Shown here: positions 51,345-59,862 of the stretch, piece after piece
How positions within the stretch are numbered: position 1 is the stretch's first letter
Layout of the letters: every line of letters starts with the position of its first letter
Assembly: GCA_965147105.1 (NCBI GenBank)
Contig: CBCTIZ010000012.1
Span: 52-64,051, forward strand
Source: an uncultured Collinsella sp.
Lineage (GTDB): Bacteria > Actinomycetota > Coriobacteriia > Coriobacteriales > Coriobacteriaceae
Length of the DNA stretch: 64,000 nt
Direction of reading: 5' to 3'
Position numbers and translations under genes: made by a program
Notes under the pieces: model-generated
The model's input: only the letters and a program-made list of their open reading frames with translations
Databases searched by the model: none
Told to the model about the DNA's origin: nothing

Positions 51345-53126
51345 ATGACGATCACCGAAATCGACGAGAAGTTCATGCGCGAGGCGTTGGCGGAGGCGCG
51401 CGCCGCCGCGACGGTGGGCGAGGTGCCCATCGGAGCCGTAGTGGTGCGCGACGGCGAGATCGTCGCGAGGGCGCACAATCGGCGCGAGCTCGATCAGGAT
51501 CCTTCGGCTCATGCAGAGTTCGCGGCCGTGTGCGCTGCAGCCCAGGCGCTTGGACGCTGGCGCCTTTCCGATTGCACGGTCTATGTGACGCTTGAGCCCT
51601 GCTGCATGTGCGCGGGCCTTATGGTTAACGCGCGCGTGGGGCGCTGCGTGTATGGCGCGGCTGATGCCAAGGCCGGCGCACTGGGTTCGCTGTATGACCT
51701 GAATGCCGATTCGCGCCTGAATCATCGGTTTAACGTACATGCCGGCGTGCTGGCGGATGAGTGTCGTGGGGTGTTGAGCGGCTATTTTAGTGGGCTGCGT
51801 GGCATCGATGGTGCTGGCTGCGGTTGTGGGGCCGATCTTGAGGCGCATGTCGCTCATGCCGAGGCGCTCGCGTGTGCCGAAGATACTGCCGTTGAGGCGG
51901 TCGATTTTGGACCCGCGTGCCGCCGGCCCCGCCGTGTGCTGTTGGCGATTGATTCCTTTAAGGGCAGCGTTTCGAGTGCGCAGGCGGAGGCGGCGGTTGC
52001 CGAAGGCGTGCGCCGCGTGTGGTCCGATGCCCAGGTGGCCGCATTGCCGCTGGCGGATGGCGGCGAGGGGACGCTCGATGCCGTTGCCGCGTGCGGCGGT
52101 GAGATTGTGACCTGCGAGGTGGCAGGTCCCTTGGGCGACCGCGTGTCTGCCCAGATGCTGGTGGACGACGAGCGCGACTCGGCTGTAATTGAGATGGCCG
52201 AGGCGGCGGGTATTGGGTATTCACCCTGCACGGAATCGGCGGCGCTTGCGGCTTCGACCTATGGCGTGGGCGAGCTGATACTCCGTGCGGTTCGCGCCGG
52301 GGCAAAGACTATCTATATTGGTCTGGGTGGCAGCGCCACCAACGACGGTGGCGCCGGCATGCTGCAGGCGCTGGGCGCGCGTGTGGTCGATGATCAGGGC
52401 TGCGATGTCGCCCCCGGTCTTGCTGGCCTTGAGCGGGTGGCGAGCGTTGATTTGGCGCCAGCGCTTCGGGCACTGAACGGCGCTCGTATCGTCGTGCTTT
52501 CCGATGTCGAGAATCCGCTCGTGGGGCGTCGCGGCGCGCTTGCGGTGTTCGGCGGACAGAAGGGCCTGCCGACGGATGATGCCGAGGCGCTGAGCAGGTA
52601 CGACAGCTGGATGGTCGGCTACGGTCGCTTGCTCGACGCTGCGATTGCCAGAGCTCGAGCCCGGGGGTTGTTGCGCACACCCGAGGGCGCGCGGACATTT
52701 GGCTCGGTGCTCGGTGTGCCCGGCGCGGGCGCTGCCGGTGGCTTGGGCGCGGCGTTACTGGCACTCGGTGCGGAGCTACGCTCGGGTGTGGAGACGGTGC
52801 TCGATCTCGTGGGGTTTGACGAGCGCGTGTGCGATGTCGACCTGGTCATAACGGGTGAGGGCAATATGGATGAACAATCCGCCGCCGGTAAGGCGCCGGT
52901 GGGTGTGGCTCGCCGCGCCAGGCGATATGGCAAGCCGGTGGTCGCCGTCGTGGGCGGCCGTGCTGACAACCTGAACGCGGTATATGAGCAAGGTATCGAC
53001 TTGGTGCTGCCGATCTGTCGCAAGCCCATGCCTCTCGACCAGGCGCTCAATCCTCAGGAAGCCACAACCAACCTCATCTTCGCCGGTGAGTCAGCCGCCC
53101 AAGCCTACGACCTCGCTCGCCTCTAA
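51345..53126 (+). CDS. tadA: Fusion ORF: tRNA adenosine(34) deaminase TadA (N-terminal) plus glycerate kinase (C-terminal)
   Basis: N-terminal ~150 aa carry the CDA zinc motifs HAE...PCCMCAG. After a ~45-aa linker, the glycerate kinase domain starts at LLAIDSFKGSVSS and continues with ...ADGGEGT.... One continuous frame with no internal stop. Confidence 0.75.
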   Translation: MTITEIDEKFMREALAEARAAATVGEVPIGAVVVRDGEIVARAHNRRELDQDPSAHAEFAAVCAAAQALGRWRLSDCTVYVTLEPCCMCAGLMVNARVGRCVYGAADAKAGALGSLYDLNADSRLNHRFNVHAGVLADECRGVLSGYFSGLRGIDGAGCGCGADLEAHVAHAEALACAEDTAVEAVDFGPACRRPRRVLLAIDSFKGSVSSAQAEAAVAEGVRRVWSDAQVAALPLADGGEGTLDAVAACGGEIVTCEVAGPLGDRVSAQMLVDDERDSAVIEMAEAAGIGYSPCTESAALAASTYGVGELILRAVRAGAKTIYIGLGGSATNDGGAGMLQALGARVVDDQGCDVAPGLAGLERVASVDLAPALRALNGARIVVLSDVENPLVGRRGALAVFGGQKGLPTDDAEALSRYDSWMVGYGRLLDAAIARARARGLLRTPEGARTFGSVLGVPGAGAAGGLGAALLALGAELRSGVETVLDLVGFDERVCDVDLVITGEGNMDEQSAAGKAPVGVARRARRYGKPVVAVVGGRADNLNAVYEQGIDLVLPICRKPMPLDQALNPQEATTNLIFAGESAAQAYDLARL

Positions 53127-53142
53127 AACTCATCCCCTCGAT

Positions 53143-53211
53143 AAGTTGCGGTGAAATACGGAGTGTTTTTGCCTTTAAGGTGCCAATTCAGTCCGTATTC
53201 CACCGCAACTT
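53143..53211. repeat. 20-nt inverted repeat (19/20) with a 29-nt spacer just after the tadA-glxK stop
   Basis: AAGTTGCGGTGAAATACGGA (53143-53162) against the reverse complement of 53192-53211. The first 16 nt also occur inverted at 30944-30958 region. Confidence 0.8.
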
Positions 53212-53532
53212 CGAGAATGTCCATTCGAGGTTGGCTGCCTTGTGCCTTGGGTCGGACCGCCTGCCACGAAACGTGGCCATCTACTACGTTAAACTGGCCA
53301 CTCTCGACCATCCCGGAATTTACAAAAACAAAACCGCAGGTAGAAAGCTTGCCGATTTTCGAAAAAGTCGGCTATGGTCGACCCCTGTGGCCTAAACGTA
53401 GTAGATGGGCCCTTTCTGCGGTGCGGCACCAAGCCGGTCATTTTGGGATGGGACTATTTTGACTACTCATTGGCTGCTCTGGCAATCGGGCTGCAAAAGT
53501 AGTCAAAAAAGCTCCGTCCCAAATTAGCTACC

Positions 53533-53561
53533 TTGCTCTGGCGGGCGGGAGCAGGTAAGAT
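53533..53561 (+). promoter_or_regulatory. Putative promoter of the SRP RNA gene
   Basis: TTGCTC (53533-53538), a 17-nt spacer, then TAAGAT (53556-53561), about 7 nt before the predicted RNA 5' end. Confidence 0.4.
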
Positions 53562-53568
53562 ATACCGA

Positions 53569-53686
53569 GCGCCTAGCGCGTTCGATGGGTTCGGATGACG
53601 ACATGTTCCGAATCTGGTCAGGTCCGGAAGGAAGCAGCCATAAGGAGCCTCTGTCGGGCATCCGAATCCATCGAGCGCACGGGCGC
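53569..53686 (+). ncRNA. ffs: Signal recognition particle RNA (small 4.5S type)
   Basis: Contains the universally conserved domain IV sequence GGUCAGGUCCGGAAGGAAGCAGCC. The 5' and 3' ends pair extensively (GCGCC...GGUUCGGAUG / CAUCCGAAUCC...GGGCGC). It is followed by UAUUUU. End coordinates are +/- a few nt. Confidence 0.85.
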
Positions 53687-53705
53687 TATTTTGGTGCCGC
53701 GACAT

Positions 53706-53800
53706 GGCCCGGCCGGCGGCGAGGTGTTTGGTGTCTCGCTGGTCCTCGGCTTCGCCTGCGGGATCGCTCGACTACCAAACACCTCGCCGCCGGCCGGGCC
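53706..53800. repeat. Long-hairpin element, copy 3 (27-bp perfect arms, short 41-nt core)
   Basis: Arm 53706-53732 (GGCCCGGCCGGCGGCGAGGTGTTTGGT) is the exact reverse complement of 53774-53800. The core keeps GTCCTCGG...CCTGCGG, which is shared with copy 2. Confidence 0.9.
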
Positions 53801-53942
53801 CCGTCGTCCAAAAATCACCCGTAAAGGCGCGTTTATCTAATTTAATCTATCCCTTAAGGAATGCTGCTCGTTGGCGTTGTCTGGGCATTGATGACTACGT
53901 GGTTCAAGAGGCGGCGGTGCTGTTGCTTGAATTTTTGCAGTT

Positions 53943-53984
53943 AAAGAGGCTCGTTTCCCTAGGTTGGGGAAACGAGCCTCTTTT
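53943..53984. terminator. Terminator hairpin downstream of the LPXTG protein gene
   Basis: AAAGAGGCTCGTTTCCC / GGGAAACGAGCCTCTTT: a 17-bp perfect stem with T-rich sequence after it on the plus strand. Confidence 0.7.
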
Positions 53985-54027
53985 GTCTCTGGGTTTGTGG
54001 ATTGGCGAAGGTAGTATGCTCTGGTGG

Positions 54028-55020
54028 CTATTTTGAGTTCTTGAGGCGGCGTGTGGCTGTGGCGGTTATTCCGAGGCCTGCGGCGGCGACTGCTGCGAGT
54101 GCGATTGCGCTCGGCGCTGTGTCGCCCGTGTTCGCGAGCTTGCCGGCGGTCGTATCTGCTTGCTTGCCGCTGCTCGTGGTCGCCTGCTTGGTGGAGCTCG
54201 GTGGGGTGTCTTTGCCGGTCGCGGGCGAGCCAGTGGGCTGTGTCGTCTCGGTCGGTTGCGCCGAGCCGGAGGGAGGCGTCGTCTCGGTCGGTTGCGTTAT
54301 CTCGGGCGAGGCGGCCTTGTCTGCCGCGGCTTTCGCCTCTTCGTATGCCTTGCAGGCGTCGTCATAGGCCGCCTGCGCCTTATGCAAATTGTCGAGGAGC
54401 GCATCTCGCTTGGCTGTTTCCTCGTCGATGTGGGCTTTGGCTTCCTCCGCCTTACTTCCGAAATACTGAACCCGTCTTTCCTGACTTTCGAGGCGGTGAC
54501 GGTAGCTGTCAAGCACCGTTTCGCAAGATTCTTCTTGCGCTTCCGCTGCGATTATTTCCTGCCGCAGCTGCTTAAGAGCTTCGTAGGAAGCCCCGTTGCT
54601 GCGTGCCTTTTCATATTCTGCCTCAAGCTCGCTTACCCGGTTGTGAGCCTCATCGTATTTGGCTTGGGCTGCATCGACGTTCGCTTGCATGGCGGGAAGG
54701 GGCTCTCTCCATTCGGCAGCTCGCGCCACCATCGTGTCATAGAGCTCTCGAAAAGCGGCAATGTTATCATTGATTCCCGCAATTCTCTCGGGACTTGCGG
54801 CGTTTTTTGCGGCTTCGAGGTTTTTGAGCGCTTCCTGCATGGCTGCATACGCCTTTTCTTTTGCGGCGGCCGCATCTCCCGTCTGCAGGGCAACTGCATC
54901 GACAGGGGCGCTGGTTTCTGCCGCTATCGCCGTCGCGGGGGCGATTCCCGCGACAAGTGCCGCGGAAAGGGCGATGCCCATGGTTGCTCGTCTTGCTCTT
55001 CTTGCGAGAATGTCGTTCAT
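54028..55020 (-). CDS. LPXTG-type (LANTG) cell-wall-anchored coiled-coil surface protein
   Basis: N-terminal signal peptide, a long Ala/Glu/Lys-rich helical region, and a Pro/Thr-rich stalk (PTETT repeats). The C-terminus has LANTG, a hydrophobic segment and the RRLKNSK tail. Confidence 0.8.
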   Translation of the reverse strand: MNDILARRARRATMGIALSAALVAGIAPATAIAAETSAPVDAVALQTGDAAAAKEKAYAAMQEALKNLEAAKNAASPERIAGINDNIAAFRELYDTMVARAAEWREPLPAMQANVDAAQAKYDEAHNRVSELEAEYEKARSNGASYEALKQLRQEIIAAEAQEESCETVLDSYRHRLESQERRVQYFGSKAEEAKAHIDEETAKRDALLDNLHKAQAAYDDACKAYEEAKAAADKAASPEITQPTETTPPSGSAQPTETTQPTGSPATGKDTPPSSTKQATTSSGKQADTTAGKLANTGDTAPSAIALAAVAAAGLGITATATRRLKNSK

Positions 55021-55230
55021 CTCGGCACCTCATTTCAAGGGTCGGCGACTAACTTGGTAGCACTAATGTAAATATACCATGCTAGTTGACCCAACACTGG
55101 CTGGGTGTGCGCGTATACCCCTCTGAAAACTGAATCCCGTTAGAAATGACGAGTTGTTTACGCTTCTTTTGGGGTGGCGGTACTATCATGGTTCGAATTG
55201 AATGTGGATGATGATAGGGAGCGCCTATAC

Positions 55231-57105
55231 ATGATTGAGCTGCTCAGGCGTTTTGGTGGCAAGTTTCGCCGCTATATGGTGATTGGCCCTGCGTGCAAGC
55301 TGATCGAAGTGATCTTTGACCTGTTTACACCGCTCGTGATTGCCCAGATGATCGATAAGGGTGTTGGCGCACACGATGTCAACGCCGTTATCCACTACGG
55401 CATGGTACTTGGCGCCATGGCTGTGATCGGCATCTCGTTTACGCTCGTCTGCCAAAAGATGGCGGCGCTGACCTCGCAGGGCATGGGTACCGATATCCGC
55501 GGCGCGCTCTACGAGCACATCAACAAACTGAGCTATGCCGAACTCGACCGCTTTGGCACGCCGTCGCTTATCACCCGCATCACCAACGACGTCAACCAGG
55601 TGCAGCTTGCTGTGGCGCTGGGCGTGCGCATGCTCATCCGCTGGCCCTTCCTGGCGGTGGGCTCCATGTGCGCGGCCCTTGCCATCGACCTTAAGCTCGG
55701 CATCATCTTTTTGATTTGCACGCCCGCCATCGGCCTGGTGTTTTGGTTTGTCATGGCGCGCTGCATTCCGTATTACAGGCAGCTGCAGGCAAAGCTCGAC
55801 CGCATCGCGCTCATTTGCCGCGAGGGTCTTTCGGGCGCCCGCGTGGTTCGCGCCTTTGTGCGCGAGGACCACGAGCGCGAGCGTTTTGCCCAAGCCGCCG
55901 ATGACCAGGCCAATACCGCCATCGCGGTGGGCAAGCTCTCGTCGATCCTTAACCCCGTCACGTTTTTGGTGATGAACCTGGGCGTGTGCGCCATCCTGTG
56001 GGTGGGCGGCATCCAGGTCAACGTGGGCGAGCTCACGCAGGGCCAGGTCATGGCGTTCGTCAACTACATGACGCAGACCCTGACCTCCATCGTGTATGTC
56101 GCCAACCTGGTCGTGGTCTTTACCAAGGCGAGCGCCAGCGCGTCGCGTATCAACGAGGTGCTCAATTGCGTGCCGAGCATCGCTGACGAGGGCAACCAGC
56201 CGGTCGCGCTGCCTGAGCCGAGCGACCTGACGGGTGGCGCTGTTCCGGTCCCTGCGCTGAGCTTTGACCATGCGAGCTTCTCGTTTGGCGCCGGCGCGGC
56301 AAATGCCGTGAGCGATGTGACTCTGGAGCTGCCGGTGGGCAAAACCCTCGGCATTATCGGCGGCACGGGCAGCGGTAAGTCGACCCTCGTTTCGCTTATC
56401 CCGCGCCTGTACGATGCGGGCGTGGGCAGCGTGTACGTGATGGGCTCCGACGTGCGCGCCTGGCAGCTCGACCAGCTGCGCCACGTGGTCGCGACCGTTC
56501 CGCAGCGTGCGTCGCTGGTGAGCGGCACTATCCGCAGCAACCTGACCTGGCGTGACGAGTCGGCGACCGACGAGGAGCTCTGGGCAGCGCTCGATATGGC
56601 GCAAGCGAGCGAGTTCGTGCACAACAAGCCCCAGGGCCTCGACGCCCCGGTCGAGGCGGGCGGCAAGAACTTCAGCGGCGGTCAGCGCCAGCGCCTGACC
56701 ATCGCGCGCGCCTTGGTGGGCGCTCCGCAGGTCCTGATCATGGATGACTCCGCGTCGGCGCTCGACTTTAAGACTGACGCGGCGCTTCGCCATGCCATTC
56801 GCGAGCGCAGTGTGCGCGGTGCCGCCAAGGGCGGGCTGCCGCTCACGACCGTCATCGTAAGCCAGCGCGTCTCGACCGTGCGCGATGCCGACATGATCTG
56901 CGTACTCGACCACGGTTCGGTCGCGGGCCTGGGCGCGCACGATGAGCTCTACACGACCTGCCAGCTCTACCGCGAGATTTGCCAGTCGCAGCTTCGCCGC
57001 GAGGAGCTCGAGGGTCAGCAGGGGAGTACGGCGCCCGCGCCCGTCCCAAGTCCCGCGTCCGCCCCGGCTGCCCCGGCATCCACTTGCGCAAAGGAGGGCT
57101 GCTAA
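55231..57105 (+). CDS. ABC exporter, fused permease/ATPase (second pair, partner 1)
   Basis: Six-TM exporter domain, Walker A GGTGSGKST, signature FSGGQRQR, Walker B VLIMDDSASALD. Start at ATG 55231. Confidence 0.9.
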   Translation: MIELLRRFGGKFRRYMVIGPACKLIEVIFDLFTPLVIAQMIDKGVGAHDVNAVIHYGMVLGAMAVIGISFTLVCQKMAALTSQGMGTDIRGALYEHINKLSYAELDRFGTPSLITRITNDVNQVQLAVALGVRMLIRWPFLAVGSMCAALAIDLKLGIIFLICTPAIGLVFWFVMARCIPYYRQLQAKLDRIALICREGLSGARVVRAFVREDHERERFAQAADDQANTAIAVGKLSSILNPVTFLVMNLGVCAILWVGGIQVNVGELTQGQVMAFVNYMTQTLTSIVYVANLVVVFTKASASASRINEVLNCVPSIADEGNQPVALPEPSDLTGGAVPVPALSFDHASFSFGAGAANAVSDVTLELPVGKTLGIIGGTGSGKSTLVSLIPRLYDAGVGSVYVMGSDVRAWQLDQLRHVVATVPQRASLVSGTIRSNLTWRDESATDEELWAALDMAQASEFVHNKPQGLDAPVEAGGKNFSGGQRQRLTIARALVGAPQVLIMDDSASALDFKTDAALRHAIRERSVRGAAKGGLPLTTVIVSQRVSTVRDADMICVLDHGSVAGLGAHDELYTTCQLYREICQSQLRREELEGQQGSTAPAPVPSPASAPAAPASTCAKEGC

Positions 57106-58965
57106 ATGAATCCGTACACTTCCTCCGGTTCGGTCGCCACGATGACGGCCAACGTGTCCGGTAACGATAACCTCAACGACCTGGGCGACGGTCTGCGCCA
57201 GCCCGGCGATCCCGAGCGCTATCCCGTGGGTGCGGTGACCCGCCGCCTGCTGGGCTATGTTCGCCCGCATCGCATTTCGTTTGTAGCGTCGTTTGTGAGT
57301 GCCGCCGTCTCGGTGATCTTGCAACTCTATACGCCCATTCTCATCGGCGAGGGCATCGACCTTATCGTCGCCGCCGGGCAGGTGGACTTCGATGCGCTGC
57401 TGCCGCTCGTTACCAAGCTCGCGATTGTCGTCGTAGGCGCTGCGGCCTTCCAGTGGCTGCAGGGCTATTGCGTCAACCGCCTGTCCTACGAAACGGTGCG
57501 CGACATGCGCGTGGAGGCGAGCGATAAGCTCAGCCGCATGCCGCTCAGCTTTATCGACAGCCATGCCCACGGCGACCTTATGAGCCGCGTGGTCAACGAC
57601 GTCGACCAGGTGGGCGACGGTCTGCTGCAGGGCTTTACCCAGCTTTTCACCGGCGTTATCACCATTGTGGGCACGCTCGCGTTTATGCTTTCCATCAACC
57701 TGACCATGACGCTCGTGGTGGTGCTCGTCACGCCGCTCTCCATCTTTGCGGCCAGCGCCATCGCCAAGCTTTCCAACAAAAGCTTTACGGCGCAGCAGCG
57801 TATTCAGGGTCAGCTTGGCGGCCATATCGAGGAGTACGTAGGCGAGCAAAAGCTTGTCGACGCCTTTGCCTATGGTCCCAACGCGCAGCTGCGCTTCGAT
57901 GCCCTCAATGCCGAGCTCTGCACCGCGGGCGAGCGCGCGCAGTTTATGGGTTCGCTCTCCAACCCCAGCACGCGCTTTATCAATAACATCATCTATGCCG
58001 TGGTCGCTGTGATTGGCTGTGTGGGCGTGATCACGGGCGTGCCGGCGGCGCTTACGGTGGGCGGCGTGCAGATCTTCCTGTCCTATGCCAACCAGTACAC
58101 CAAGCCGTTCAACGAGGTCACCAACGTCATTACGCAGATTCAGACCGCGTACGCCTCGGCGCGCCGCATGTTTGCGCTGCTCGATGCGCGCGAGCAGGAG
58201 CCCGATGCGGCGGATGCCATGGAACTTGCCGCCCCGCAGGGCGAGGTCGCCTTTGAGCATGTGGACTTTAGCTACGTGTCCGACCGCAAGCTGCTGCAGG
58301 ACATCTGCATCGAGGCCAAGCCCGGCATGCGCTTTGCCCTGGTCGGTCCCACGGGCTGTGGCAAGACGACGCTCATCAACCTGCTTCTGCGGTTCTACGA
58401 TATCGATGCCGGTCGCATTGCGGTCGATGGCCGTTCCTCGCGTGATTACACGCGCGCAAGCTTGCGCCGCGCCTTTGGCATGGTGTTGCAGGACACTTGG
58501 CTGTTCGAGGGCACGGTGGCGGAAAACATCGCCTACGGCTGTCCCGACGCCACGCGCGAGCAGGTTATCGAAGCTGCCAAGCGCGCGCACGCGCACAAGT
58601 TTATCGTGCAGCTGCCAGGCGGCTACGATACGGTAATCGGCGAGGACGGCGGCACGTTTAGCCAGGGTCAAAAACAGCTGCTGTGCATCGCGCGCGTCAT
58701 GCTCACCGACCCGGCGATTCTGCTGCTGGACGAGGCGACCTCGAGCATCGATACCCGCACCGAGCTGCAGGTGCAGGCGGCATTCGACGAGCTCATGGCT
58801 GGCCGCACAAGCTTTGTCGTGGCGCACCGCCTGAGCACGATTCGTAACGCCGACTGCATTCTGGTGATGCGCGACGGGCAGATTATCGAGTGCGGCACGC
58901 ACGACGAGCTGCTAGCGGCAGGTGGCTTCTACGCCGAACTCTACCGCAGCCAATTCGCCCAGTGA
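57106..58965 (+). CDS. ABC exporter, fused permease/ATPase (second pair, partner 2)
   Basis: Walker A GPTGCGKTT, signature FSQGQKQL, Walker B ILLLDEATSSID. The ATG immediately follows the upstream stop. Confidence 0.9.
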   Translation: MNPYTSSGSVATMTANVSGNDNLNDLGDGLRQPGDPERYPVGAVTRRLLGYVRPHRISFVASFVSAAVSVILQLYTPILIGEGIDLIVAAGQVDFDALLPLVTKLAIVVVGAAAFQWLQGYCVNRLSYETVRDMRVEASDKLSRMPLSFIDSHAHGDLMSRVVNDVDQVGDGLLQGFTQLFTGVITIVGTLAFMLSINLTMTLVVVLVTPLSIFAASAIAKLSNKSFTAQQRIQGQLGGHIEEYVGEQKLVDAFAYGPNAQLRFDALNAELCTAGERAQFMGSLSNPSTRFINNIIYAVVAVIGCVGVITGVPAALTVGGVQIFLSYANQYTKPFNEVTNVITQIQTAYASARRMFALLDAREQEPDAADAMELAAPQGEVAFEHVDFSYVSDRKLLQDICIEAKPGMRFALVGPTGCGKTTLINLLLRFYDIDAGRIAVDGRSSRDYTRASLRRAFGMVLQDTWLFEGTVAENIAYGCPDATREQVIEAAKRAHAHKFIVQLPGGYDTVIGEDGGTFSQGQKQLLCIARVMLTDPAILLLDEATSSIDTRTELQVQAAFDELMAGRTSFVVAHRLSTIRNADCILVMRDGQIIECGTHDELLAAGGFYAELYRSQFAQ

Positions 58966-59092
58966 GCAAGCCCGTGGGGCAAATTAATCAATCGACAGAC
59001 GGTGGTTTACATCTGTCACGTTAGTACTAAGATATTCATCTAATAAATTGCATTAGTGGCTTTAGTTTTTGGGGAAACGAGGCAACGTGACT

Positions 59093-59644
59093 ATGACGTG
59101 CTCTTTGGTGGTTAACAGCAAGAGCGGTAATACCAGGATGGTTTCGGGTGCGATCAAGCGTACGCTGCAGGCTGCGGGTGTTGAGTTTGTCCATGCCGCG
59201 GCGTTGAGCGACGATGCGGATGCAGATCAGGTTGCGCTCGAGGCGCAGGGCGCCTGCGCGGCCGACACGGTGCTCGTCGGCTTTTGGTGCGACAAGGGCG
59301 CGTGCACGCCTTCGGTTGCCGCGCTGCTCTCCGCTCTGCACGGCAAGCGCGTTTTCCTCTTTGGTACCTGCGGTTTTGGCGCCGACCAGAGCTATTATCA
59401 GCAGATTATCGATCGCGTGACCTCCAATTTGGCTGGGGATGCCGAGCTTGCGGGCTGGGCGATGTGCCAGGGCAAGATGGGTCCCGCGGTCAAGCAGCGC
59501 TACGAGGCCATGCTCGAGCAAGATCCCGACAACGCCCGCGCTAAGTTGCTGCTCGATAACTGGGTCGCCGCAAAGGATCACCCCACCAAGGAAGATCTGG
59601 ACAACATGGCTGCAGCCGCCAAAAAGGCCGTGCTGGGGGAGTAG
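59093..59644 (+). CDS. Flavodoxin-like family protein
   Basis: N-terminal ...VVNSKSGNTRMV... flavodoxin-type phosphate-binding loop and an alpha/beta pattern. Start at ATG 59093; GTG 59087 is also possible. Confidence 0.55.
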   Translation: MTCSLVVNSKSGNTRMVSGAIKRTLQAAGVEFVHAAALSDDADADQVALEAQGACAADTVLVGFWCDKGACTPSVAALLSALHGKRVFLFGTCGFGADQSYYQQIIDRVTSNLAGDAELAGWAMCQGKMGPAVKQRYEAMLEQDPDNARAKLLLDNWVAAKDHPTKEDLDNMAAAAKKAVLGE

Positions 59645-59687
59645 CTCCCATCGCTGACGGCGGTCGGTCCATCTTTCTAAATGAAAC

Positions 59688-59814
59688 GTCCTCCCGGGCG
59701 TCGGGGCACGAAGTTCCCTGCTCTACAGTCCTGCGCAAGACGAAGGCCACATTAAGTGGCCTTCTTTGCGTGCGGAACTCGCGATGAACTTCGTGCCCCG
59801 CCGTCCGGGAGGAC
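59688..59814 (-). repeat. Long-hairpin element, copy 4 (29-bp arms with 2 mismatches, 69-nt core)
   Basis: Arms 59688-59716 and 59786-59814. The core is inverted relative to copy 1 and 62/69 identical to it. The inner hairpin is GAAGGCCAC-ATTAA-GTGGCCTTC. Confidence 0.9.
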
Positions 59815-59862
59815 GCCTCTTTATTGATGGGAGGCCTGATAGGTCGATGGTTCCGTGCCCGG

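Noticed and set aside
53123-53462. Track ORFs of 62 aa (minus) and 103 aa (plus)
   Set aside because: They overlap each other, lack RBSs, are built over the repeat fragments, and show no coding-like composition or motif.
55225-58902. 1225-aa minus-strand ORF
   Set aside because: It is antisense to the two ABC exporter genes, which carry clear Walker/signature motifs. The same artefact applies to 13557-15080, 17660-19123, 38735-39937 and similar ORFs.
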